Source: Azolla caroliniana (taxonomy: Eukaryota; Plantae; Polypodiophyta). Taken from it: a DNA stretch of 64,000 nucleotides. The notes below the pieces were generated by a model. The model had not been told where the DNA came from. It made no database searches and saw only the letters and a program-made list of their open reading frames with translations. The stretch spans positions 11,408,001-11,472,000 of the forward strand of contig JBHGNT010000021.1 in the NCBI GenBank assembly GCA_043228905.1, read 5' to 3'. The translations under genes were made by a program, and so were the position numbers. Positions 1 through 9,929 of this stretch are shown here, piece by piece. Each line of letters begins with the position of its first letter. Position 1 is the stretch's first letter.

Positions 1-38
1 TATCTCATTGTAAAGCCTATCTTAATGAAGATTAGTCC

Positions 39-61
39 CTCTCTCTCTCTCTCTCTCTCTC
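39..61. repeat. (CT)n microsatellite
   Basis: Perfect CT dinucleotide run. Confidence 0.9.
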
Positions 62-486
62 AAGCATATGGGTATGTTTTAATCTTATTTAGTGTTTTAT
101 TCTTAATTAGCTTTTATTATTACTATTATTAGTGTTTTGATCCCTCATCTCCCTCTCCCCTCTGTCTATCTCGTCTAATCCTCATCTACACCAAGTTTTT
201 GTTTACAATTTGGGTGCGCTCGAATTGATCTTGGTAGTCACGTCTCCCTCTCGACTTACCTACAACCCACCGATGATTTCACCATTCCGCACTCCTTGTA
301 CCGACCAAAAGGTCAACAAAAACACATGGAGTTATGACCATTCCTTTTTTACTGTTTTTTATGGTCCGCTTTTTCTCTTTTTACTTTTTGCTTGGTCTCT
401 TACTTTTACTTTTGACTTCTTCCTAAGGTCTGGTTCATGTTCTTAGCCTCCAAATTTGGATTATCCATACTTTACATTCTTCTAAT

Positions 487-942
487 TGTTACCCGGACCC
501 GGACAGTCAGTTTTACCGAACAAGTGGGAAAGCCTCGAAAACGGAGTCGGTTTGGATCGACTGTTCGGATCGATGACTCAGCAGAGAACGAAGAGAACTA
601 AGTTAGTTAGATAATTTTGTAATTCTTGATAGTAAGTAGGAATAGTTCTTGATGAGAAAAGACCTTCGGTATACCTATAAAAGGGAACCGAAGGCATTGT
701 AAGAAAGGTCGTTTATTTAGTAATATAAGTTTAAGTTAGGAATATCATGTACGGATTTTGTGTTCTTTCTATTGTCTATGTTGTTAAGTACAATCTTCCT
801 AATTTATAACTAAGTAACGATCACGGTAATTACCGATTAATATAGTATATTTCCGTTCGTAAAACAAAATTCCTTGTTAGAACGTTGAGTAGCGACGTTC
901 ACTCTTCTGTATCGGTAGTAGTTAGTAATTAGCCGATTAACA
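487..942 (+). repeat. 5' LTR of element A (456 bp)
   Basis: TGTTACCC...GATTAACA; differs from 9430-9887 by 4 substitutions and a 2-nt indel (by eye); TATAAAA at 676-682. Confidence 0.97.
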
Positions 943-953
943 CAGAAGAAATT

Positions 954-966
954 TGGCACGCCCGGT
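954..966 (+). promoter_or_regulatory. Primer-binding site, tRNA-Arg(UCU)-like
   Basis: TGGCACGCCCGGT is complementary to the recalled plant tRNA-Arg 3' end (...ACCGGGCGTGCCA); it lies 11 nt from the LTR. Confidence 0.75.
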
Positions 967-1001
967 TACATCTGCAATTAAGCAGAGAACAAATCGAATG
1001 G

Positions 1002-4000
1002 ATGTCGTATGAAGAGGAGACAACGGTCGGTTGTAAGCGCCCTCGTACAAGGTCAGTTACGAAGGCAGTGCAGGAAGCGTTCATTGCGCAAGAACAGCCG
1101 GAATCAAGCACAAAGTGGTCGAAACTTCCTGACTTATCCGATCAATTACCTTCAGACGAAAAACAGACGGAAGAGGTATCGTTTTACGACATTTGGGACG
1201 ATATGCCTTATACTTATTCTAAGTTCCGGGAAGGAACAGATGCGGAAGCACATGTTAGGGATTTCTTAACGACATGGGAGATTAACCATGGAGCTCAGCG
1301 ATTGTCGGCAGATGCCGAAGATAAGTCAAAAATCGCTGAGTTCGTCTTATCATTAGACAGATATTCCGCCAATTGGTTTGCGCAGAACGGTCTTCAAGGA
1401 TTTCCATCCTTTGAAGTGTTAACTAGTAAATTTTTACAATTATTTCATCAACAAATTCCGCAGAAGGATTTGATTCCGCAATTTTATGCGTTATATCAAG
1501 AAAAAAATGAAACAGTATCTCAGTTTGTGATACGATTTCAGAACTTACAGCTTCAGATTTCAAGGCCGATTCCGGATAATGAATTAAAAGAAGTCTTTGT
1601 AGAAGCTGTAAAAGAACCATTAAGGACGACATTGAAAGTGTTCGATTTTCGAAATCAGACTATCGAACAAGTAATTAATAAAGCAATAGAAATGGGTCGA
1701 CCACCGGTCAATGTTTAGAGTATGGACATGTCAGCATTACAACGTACATTACCAACAATAGAGGAGTTACAATTTCGTCAAGCAGTTCAATGCACCACTT
1801 GTTTAAATACGGGGCATTCGGCAATTGAATGTACGTTAAGAACACATTGTACAATATGTCATTCAAAATTACATTCAGTAGAACAATGTGAATATAATCT
1901 GCTTAATAAAACTACGGCGTCAGTACGACAAATTTTTACTGACAATGGTTACCAAAATAACACTAATCTGTTCAATGGTTATCAAAATAATAAATTTTCA
2001 CAAAATCAGCAAAATGTACAACAAAATCCAACTTTTCAACAAAATCCGGTTCTACAGCCAAATTAGATCTTTTCACAACAAAATATGCAACCCACTCAAG
2101 TGACTCAAGCATTTCAACCAGGTTTTGCTCAATCCAACCCACCATTCGTACAGAATCCGAATCAATATTTTCAACAAAATAATCAAAGTTTCCAACAAGG
2201 TAACCCACCATTTCAAGGGTTTCAACAGAATTGTCCGAATGTGCAACCGAATTCTGCATTTCAACCGGGTAATATGACCTTTCAACATAATACTCAAACC
2301 ATTCCACAAAATAATCAAATGTTTCAACAGAATAATTTTCCGCCAAATCAGGAGTTCGGGATAACACAAAATGTAGCACAACCAAATGATAATACCGAAC
2401 AATTTAGGCAGAATCGGTATAAAAATAAGAAATTTTACAAACCAAAAGCTACACGTCAATTCCAACAAAACCCGAGTGGTAATGAAGAGCAGCAATTTAA
2501 TAACGGCCAATTTGCACATGGAGAGACCGGTGGAACATTTGTACCCACTTGTTATATTTGTCGACAACTAGGCCATTATGCTAATCAATGTCCGGTTAAA
2601 GGAAAGGGTCCAGCAGTTAATATGGTAATACTGGAAGTTCAACAAGTAACGACACGCAACAAAAGCAAACAATCAGAGTGGGAAATTCAGGAAGAAGTTC
2701 GGAAGGCGGCAAAAGAATGGGTTGACGAAGCAAATCAAAGTAATGTGAATCGAATGTTACAAGACAATAACATTGACCAGAACATCGTTGTACAACAGTC
2801 ATTGGGGAATAAGGAACAGGAAGAAACTTGGAAACTGTTGGCTGATTGCCAAGTGTCATTGCCACTTACGGGCTTACTTAAGTTAGTACCAAGGTTTACA
2901 GAAAAAGTGGCAGCATTAATTGCATATAAAGGTTCCGAACAAATAGCAGTACACTACAATCAGCCAAGTAATAACCCTTCGATCATGGATGAGCAGAATC
3001 CGTCGATTAAGGTAATACTTTACGGGCAAGAAATCGGAAATGTGATTATAGATGGAGGCTCGGGAGTTAATGTGATTAACAAAGCTACATGTGAAAAACT
3101 AGGAATCACGGAATGGGAAGCATGTCCGTTCTGGTTACGAATGGCAGATACAAGTACGGTACGACCGATTGGTTTGCTTCGACAACTGGATGTAATAATC
3201 GGGGGACACAGTTTTCATATTTCGGCAGTAATTTTGCAGTTAGAAACACAGGGAGCATACCCCTTGTTATTGGGGAGACCATGGTTAAAGACAGCTAATA
3301 TCAAACAAAATTGGAAACAAAATGTGCTAACATTTAGGAAAGGAAAAACTAAGGTCAGGATTCCGACGCACAACAAAGTGACAACAAGCAAACAGAGTTT
3401 ACCTGTACATGCAGAAGCAGTTAATATGATGGAAGGATTGGACGAGGAAGAAGAAAGTCAGTATTTTAATGATAATCAGAAAATCATCCCTCTATTTGAG
3501 GTAGATATTTTGCAAGCATTAACACCATATGTAGACTCACACGAAGAAGTGCCAATAGATGAGCAAACAATGAAAGAAATACGAATGCAACAAGAAGCTA
3601 CATATAAGGAAATGAAGGTATCTCAGAGAGTGCAAGCCTCAGCATTAGAGGAGATCGATTTGGCAGGAGTAGAGGATGGTGAAAGAAAAACAGTCTTGAT
3701 TGCTAGAGATTTGGCGGAAAATGACAAACGGACATTAACAACATTACTATTACAATATAAAGATGTTTTTGCATGGTCGTTTGACGATATGAAAGGTCTG
3801 GATCCCGCTTTTTGTCAACATCAAATCAATTTGCATAAAGATGCAAAGCCAGTACAACAACGCAGGTACAGGTTGAATCTGAATTATGCTATCAAAGTAA
3901 AAGAAGAAATCGATAAACTCTTAAATGTAGGATTTATTCGACCCGTCAAAAAATCAACATGGCTGAGTCCGATAGTAGTAGTCCCGAAAAAGAATGGGAA

Positions 4001-6513
4001 AATTCGCGTATGTGTGGATTACAGAAAATTGAATGCAGCGACAATTACGGATGCGTTTCCGTTGCCATTCACAGATGGGATATTAGATGCAGTAGCTGGA
4101 CATGAAATTTATAGTTTCTTGGATGGGTTCAGTGGGTACAACCAAGTACGGATGAATCCAGAAGATCAGGAAAAGACAGCTTTTGTCATAGAATGGGGTG
4201 TCTTTGTGGCAGTAGTAATGATGTTCGGTTTAAAAACAGCTCCAGCTACATTTCAGCGGGTAATACAGGAAATATTCGGGGAATATATTCCAGCTTTCAT
4301 GCAGGTGTTTTTAGATGATTTTGTGGTATATAGTCGGAAAGCTGATCATTTTGAGCATTTACGGCTATGTTTAGAAAAATGTCGAAAAGGGCGTCTTAGC
4401 TTAAATCCAGCCAAATGCGCATTCGGAGTAATGAGTGGTACGTTACTTGGGCATATTGTCAGTCAAGAAGGGATTGCAGTGGACCCAGACAAAGTTAAAG
4501 CAATTATTGAGGCAACACCACCGACAAATGCTAAAGCTCTAAGTAGATTTTTGGGTCAAATTCGGTGGCACAGTAGAATGATGAGATATCTAGCAGACAT
4601 TGCTATTCCGTTACACACAGCAGTACACAAAGTTCCTTTTATATGGACAAGTATAGAACAAGATGCATACGAATGTCTCAAGAAGATGTTGACAAAGGTT
4701 CCGGTAGTCCAACCACCGGACTGGAACAAACCATTTCATGTTTTCGTCGATGCGTCGGACATAGCCATAGGCAGTGCTTTAATGCAATTATCCGAACCAA
4801 ACTGGTATAGGCCGGTATACTATGCCAGTAGGAAACTTTCGTCGGCCGAAAGAAACTATTCAACAACCGAAAGAGAAGCTTTGGGAATGATATATAGTGT
4901 GAACAAATTTCGACATTACCTTTTGGGTAAGAAATTTACATTTCATGTGGATCATTCGGCTCTACTGTATCTAGTTTCCAAACAAGAATTGACAGGCAAG
5001 TTAGCCAGATGGACGTTATTGCTTCAAGAGTTTGAATTCGACATTATACATCGACCAGGAGCACAGCACGCGATTGCTGACTATCTCAGTCGGCTTGAAT
5101 CTGGAGAAGAAGCGGTTGGTGTTAAAGATGATTTTCCAGATACTCAATTATTTCGGGTTGAGACAGTAAAAGCACAAGAAATGAATGAGGAAAAAGAGGA
5201 TGAATGGATTTCCGAAATGACGATATTTCTATCAACAGGAATTCCGGCCGAACACATGTCGACAGATGAAAGAAAAAGAATTGCAGTACGAAGTCGAAAT
5301 TTTTGTTTATTTAATGACATGTTGTATCATAAAGAAGCGGATGGAATATGGCGAAGGGCAGTACGGAAATTTGAAAAAATTAGCCATATTAACAGAGTCA
5401 CATTGTGGAATTGCTGGCGGTCATTACGCAGGAGAAGCAACAGCCAGAAAAATATGGAATAGGGGGTTATGGTGGCCAACGGTGATGAAAGATGCTAACG
5501 AATACTGTAAGAAATGCGATTTGTGTCAAAGAATGGGGCAACCGACCGAAAAGGATCGAATGCCTTTTCAACCGGTTTTACCTCTTGAGCCATTTCAGAA
5601 ATGGGGCTTAGATTTTGTTGGCCCGTTCAAACCAGCAGCTGCAAGAACCGGTAATCGATATATCATAATTGCGACTGACTATTGCACAAAATGGGTTGAA
5701 GCAAAAGCTCTCAGAGACAATACAGCAGCATCCACAGCAAAATTCCTGTATGAAAATATATGGTGTCGATTCGGTTGCCCAATAGAATTGGTAAGCGATC
5801 AAGGCACTCATTTTATTAACAAGTTAATTCACGAATTAACTAATTATTATGCCGTAGTTCATAAGAAAAGTACGCCTTACTATCCCCAAGCTAATGGATT
5901 GGCAGAATCGACAAATAAAACAATTCAAACAATTTTAAAGAAGATAGTGAATGAAAATCGTACTGATTGGGATCAAAAGTTAAATAGTGCATTATGGGCA
6001 TATCGTACTTCGTACAAAACATCCATTAAATCAACACCTTTCCGAATGGCATTCGGACTTGAAGTTGTTATGCCGATCGAATTTCAAATTCCGACACTTT
6101 GTATCCAAGCGACGAATAAGTTAAATGAAATAGAATCGGAGTAGATACGCAAAGAGGCTTTATTAGTATTAGAAGAAGAACGGATTCAATCAATGTCAGC
6201 ACTAGAACACAAGCAGAGACAAATCAAGGCATTCGTAAATCGACATCGAAGGAAATCGGAAGAGCAATTCGAAATTGGGAAACCGGTATTGGTATTCCAG
6301 ACGAAAATGGGACTTATGCCTGGGAAACTCCGGTATAGATGGACAGGTCCAGTATGGATAATTAATAGTAAAAATGGTACGTATCAGCTGGGATCATTAA
6401 CCGGAGAGGTTTTACCGAAATGGGTAAATGGATTCCGGTTTAAACCGTATTTGGGAGATATGCCGGTAAACCCGTTTATTCAAACGGAAGAATTTAAAAA
6501 TAAAATAAAATAA
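1002..6513 (+). pseudogene. gag-pol: gag-pol polyprotein of element A, disrupted by 3 in-frame TAG stops and one frameshift
   Basis: Gag core; CCHC knuckles CTTCLNTGHSAIEC, CTICHSKLHSVEQC and CYICRQLGHYANQC; protease IIDGGSG; RT LDGFSGY...FLDD; RNase H VDAS; integrase HHCC plus WGLDF...SDQG...AES. ORFs starting at 1002, 1722 and 2085 share a frame. Stops at 1716, 2064 and 6142; frameshift in the A6 run at 5374-5379. Confidence 0.95.
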
Positions 6514-6601
6514 AATAAATAAATAAATAAAACTAACTAACTCACTCAATAGTTCTTGTCAAATGCAGAAATAGAATCTTGCCATAACAGTCTGAATCAA
6601 C

Positions 6602-6608
6602 TATAAAT
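6602..6608 (+). promoter_or_regulatory. Candidate internal TATA box upstream of the extra ORF
   Basis: CTATAAATAG follows the (AAAAT)n tract after the pol stop. Confidence 0.4.
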
Positions 6609-6916
6609 AGAAAGAGGAATTGCATGATTATTAGTAAGTGGTACAACCACTACACGTAGAGTTAATACTAATTAATTCCTACATTAATAGCAATTACTAT
6701 TCTTTAGTCATAATGCATAAGTTAATATCTTTAAAGCATATTTCTGTATCTTCTGTGTCGCCAAAGCAACAGAAACGAGTGCAAATCTCGAAACATTCTG
6801 AGCCTTCGTGCCCTAGCTCGCCCAAACTCTGTTTTTCTGATTTTCATCGCTACAGAAGCTGTGCAGATCTCCAACCGTCATCGACAAGTGATTCAGAACA
6901 AGCAAACACAGAAGTC

Positions 6917-9385
6917 ATGCCGATTCCTGTGTCTGAAGAACTGCGACTGTGGCTTCATGAGAGAAACTTACAAGGTTTCATCAAAGTAGCAGAAGTGGAA
7001 CCTCATCCGCAAGCGGAAGAATTGGTACAACAATTAGAAATCACCAAGGTCACCACAAAGAAAATACGAAATGCATTACAGATGCCAAGAGGAGGCCTTG
7101 AGGCAGTTAAAAAACCTTCATTAGAAGCACTCCAATCGTATTTCGGGGAATACTCACCCTCGGCAAAAGCATATCAGACTTATGGAGGTCGGGATGAGTT
7201 TTTCCATGAAGTGGCTAGATTTTTACTAGAGGTGGGATTTGTCAGTCCCCGTTTTTATTGTATGCCGAAAAAAAGGGTTGGGTTTATCATAGCCGCATAC
7301 GAAAAAGAGGATTTCAACTGGCCACTATTGTCGGGGGAAGCTCTGAGAGAGCAGCTACAAGGGGTAAAAACAGGAAAACCAATGAAGCAAATTTTTGGTC
7401 GTTGGCTATCGGTATTGTTTCCGATTCAAGAATCGGAAACTCCTGTTCAGTCAAGAAGACCACCGATAGTACAAGCACCTCGAAGACACCGACAGGTAGT
7501 ACATGAAGAATGGATAGAGGAAGAATCGGCACATGCCGATAATATACAAACGGATATGCCTCAGTCGGAACCACCAAGACTAGAGAATTCCGAAAACAGG
7601 CAACCAGCAGCCGAACAAGAAACAGTTGACCATTTGATAAACAAGCAGCAGCCGACAGAAAATCGACAACAAGCAGAGAAGATGCGACAAAGGACAAGGG
7701 TTAAACAAAAGGCTAATCGGCAATTCCAACCAGAAAACAGTGATGGGTCAGCACCGAAAAGGCAACGCACAAAGGAAAATTCGAATACGCCTGTAGTAGC
7801 AGAAGTAATAAAACCAGGGAATGAGAGCGTTTCGACACAACTTCAACAAGGACAATCTTCAAAAGTAGCAATTCGGGAAGCACATGGGTGCTTGGATATT
7901 CCACCAGCAGCACATGAATTAGCTGCCATTTTACAGTTCGGAACTTCATACGAACTGGTTGAATGGTTGGCTAGAAGATTGACAGAAGTATCAGAACGGC
8001 TGGCTCAAGAACATCATGACCGAATAATGATACAGAAGTCCTTACGAGGAGTGTTGGAACCTCAAGAAAAAGCAGAGATAGAGAAAATCGGCCGGAAAGG
8101 AAATACACAGAATAGAGGGGAGGCTATTGAAATGCCACCATTACATGAAGCACTGGTCGAAATTCATAGAGAATATGAAAAGGCACGCAAAGCAGCCAGT
8201 GATATGGCTGAAAGATACAAAAGTGTATCAGCATCGGCGGAGGTGATGAAACGTCAGTTTTGTAACATACAGACAGAAAATAAAGAACTAAAAGAAAGTC
8301 TAAACAAATGGGAAACACAGGCACGACCTATGGCGTCGGAGTCAGAATGGCAGCAGAAATTGGAGGACGCTGAGAAAGCACGTCAAGCAGAAACAACAAG
8401 GGCCAACAATGCTGTATTTCGAACTACAGAATTAGAAAAACAAATAGAAACCATTCAGAATGGCCAATACAAAGTTCTCGAAGAAAAAAATCAATTAATA
8501 AACGAATTACAGAAAAATCTGGAAGAAGCTAAGACGGCCAATCATACATATACCGAACAAATTGAGGAATTCGAAAGGTATATAGTGTCACAGGAAAGTC
8601 AATTGACAGAAAAAGAGCGGAGTCTTGAAGAAGTCAACAGAAGAATTACGGAACAGCAGGAGGAATGGAGCAAAGAGAAATCGGCATTCGAACAACAACT
8701 GAACGAAATCCGGAAAATATCGGAACAAAGGCGGCTGGACATATATGTAGTTGAATCCAAACTAATGCAGGCTGAAAGTGAAAACCGAGCCACCATTACG
8801 GATTTACGGAAAGAGTTGCAAGCCGCTCAATTCGACGTAAGCATCACTAAGGACAAAGTGCAGCACATCATAGGGAAACATCGAAACCTAGCAAAGAAAA
8901 TGATCGACGAATCCCTTGCGCAAGGATGGAAGTTATGGACGGCACAAGCGGCGGAATTACAGTTATTGCGTGCCGACAAAAATAACCGTCAGGTCCAAGG
9001 TGCAGGTTTTTTTAAAATGGCACAAAAGGATATTGACAATATCCAAGAGGATATCATGAAAGATATGGACGAAATTGCGGCATTTTACAGAGAAGAAATT
9101 CAACGTATTATGCAAGAATTCGACAAAAATGATATAGGCACTTCCGTCCAGTTGGATAAAATTGAAGCCGAAAGAACCAGCAAGACTCCTGGTCTTCAAG
9201 CTCCCAGAAGAAGTGAACCAGAGCAGCCAACCGAATCACAACATTCAAAACCTGCTCCGAATGACGACTGTGACACAGATGAAGATGAAGATGAAGAGGA
9301 AGATATAGATGGAATACATCCAAGGCCAGAAGAGCCTTCGATTTTTGATATTCTGAACGATTCGGATGAAGAGATACAGGAATAG
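6917..9385 (+). CDS. Extra ORF of element A: 822-aa protein of unknown function (conserved N-domain, long coiled coil, acidic tail)
   Basis: Uninterrupted frame (open from 6638). The ATG at 6917 (GAAGTCATG) aligns with the homolog ATG at 63558 (GAAGCCATG). Homologs at 28840-30923 and 60690-63558. Confidence 0.85.
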   Translation: MPIPVSEELRLWLHERNLQGFIKVAEVEPHPQAEELVQQLEITKVTTKKIRNALQMPRGGLEAVKKPSLEALQSYFGEYSPSAKAYQTYGGRDEFFHEVARFLLEVGFVSPRFYCMPKKRVGFIIAAYEKEDFNWPLLSGEALREQLQGVKTGKPMKQIFGRWLSVLFPIQESETPVQSRRPPIVQAPRRHRQVVHEEWIEEESAHADNIQTDMPQSEPPRLENSENRQPAAEQETVDHLINKQQPTENRQQAEKMRQRTRVKQKANRQFQPENSDGSAPKRQRTKENSNTPVVAEVIKPGNESVSTQLQQGQSSKVAIREAHGCLDIPPAAHELAAILQFGTSYELVEWLARRLTEVSERLAQEHHDRIMIQKSLRGVLEPQEKAEIEKIGRKGNTQNRGEAIEMPPLHEALVEIHREYEKARKAASDMAERYKSVSASAEVMKRQFCNIQTENKELKESLNKWETQARPMASESEWQQKLEDAEKARQAETTRANNAVFRTTELEKQIETIQNGQYKVLEEKNQLINELQKNLEEAKTANHTYTEQIEEFERYIVSQESQLTEKERSLEEVNRRITEQQEEWSKEKSAFEQQLNEIRKISEQRRLDIYVVESKLMQAESENRATITDLRKELQAAQFDVSITKDKVQHIIGKHRNLAKKMIDESLAQGWKLWTAQAAELQLLRADKNNRQVQGAGFFKMAQKDIDNIQEDIMKDMDEIAAFYREEIQRIMQEFDKNDIGTSVQLDKIEAERTSKTPGLQAPRRSEPEQPTESQHSKPAPNDDCDTDEDEDEEEDIDGIHPRPEEPSIFDILNDSDEEIQE

Positions 9386-9386
9386 G

Positions 9387-9427
9387 CGTGGGTTCGCTGG
9401 ACAAGGTCCTGGCCCACGGACGTGCCA
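9387..9427 (+). other. tRNA-3'-half-like stem-loop ending in CCA, occupying the PPT position
   Basis: CGTGGG TTCG CT GGAC AAG GTCC TGG CCCACG GACGTGCCA, then AG and the LTR; conserved at 30933-30973 and 60639-60679. Confidence 0.75.
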
Positions 9428-9429
9428 AG

Positions 9430-9887
9430 TGTTACCCGGACCCGAACAGTCAGTTTTACCGAACAAGTGGGAAAGCGTCGAAAACGGAGTCGGTTCGGAT
9501 CGACTGTTCGGATCGATGACTCAGCAGAGAACGAAGAGAACTAAGTTAGTTAGATAATTTTGTAATTCTTGATAGTAAGTAGGAATAGTTCTTGATGAGA
9601 AAAGACCTTCGGTATATACCTATAAAAGGGAACCGAAGGCATTGTAAGAAAGGTCGTTTATTTAGTAATATAAGTTTAAGTTAGGAATATCATGTACGGA
9701 TTTTGTGTTCTTTCTATTGTCTATGTTGTTAAGTACAATCTTCCTAATTTATAACTAAGTAACGATCACGGTAATTACCGATTAATATAGTATATTTCCG
9801 TTCGTAAAACACAATTCCTTGTTAGAACGTTGAGTAGCGACGTTCACTCTTCTGTATCGGTAGTAGTTAGTAATTAGCCGATTAACA
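9430..9887 (+). repeat. 3' LTR of element A (458 bp)
   Basis: Direct repeat of 487-942, followed by TSD CTAAT. Confidence 0.97.
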
Positions 9888-9929
9888 CTAATGTTCAAAG
9901 GCTTGAATTCTAAAAACACTTTCACACTT

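Larger units (their letters stand above)
487..9887 (+). mobile_element. Full-length non-chromoviral Ty3/gypsy LTR retrotransposon with an extra 3' ORF (element A)
   Basis: TG...CA LTR pair; 5-bp TSD CTAAT (482-486 and 9888-9892); domain order gag-PR-RT-RH-IN; no chromodomain or second RNase H visible. Confidence 0.97.

Noticed and set aside
1-486. 78-aa ORF (210-446) and possible LTR remnant
   Set aside because: T-rich low-complexity sequence with a non-ATG start, no motif and no second copy in the window.
1716-1724. Programmed stop read-through between gag segments
   Set aside because: The context is not the TAG-CAR-YYA read-through type, and similar TAGs are scattered, so these are more simply mutations.
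6638-6916. GTG-initiated N-terminal extension of the extra ORF
   Set aside because: Homology to the 63558 copy starts only at the ATG at 6917; the upstream part is probably leader sequence.
6917-9385. env-like gene, or captured host myosin/SMC gene
   Set aside because: No hydrophobic membrane segment or ATPase motifs; coiled-coil composition alone is non-specific, and the ORF is tied to the same element position in the three copies.
9387-9427. Genuine tRNA gene or tRNA-derived SINE
   Set aside because: No D-arm, anticodon arm, 5' acceptor strand, A-box or tail; only a modified 3' half.
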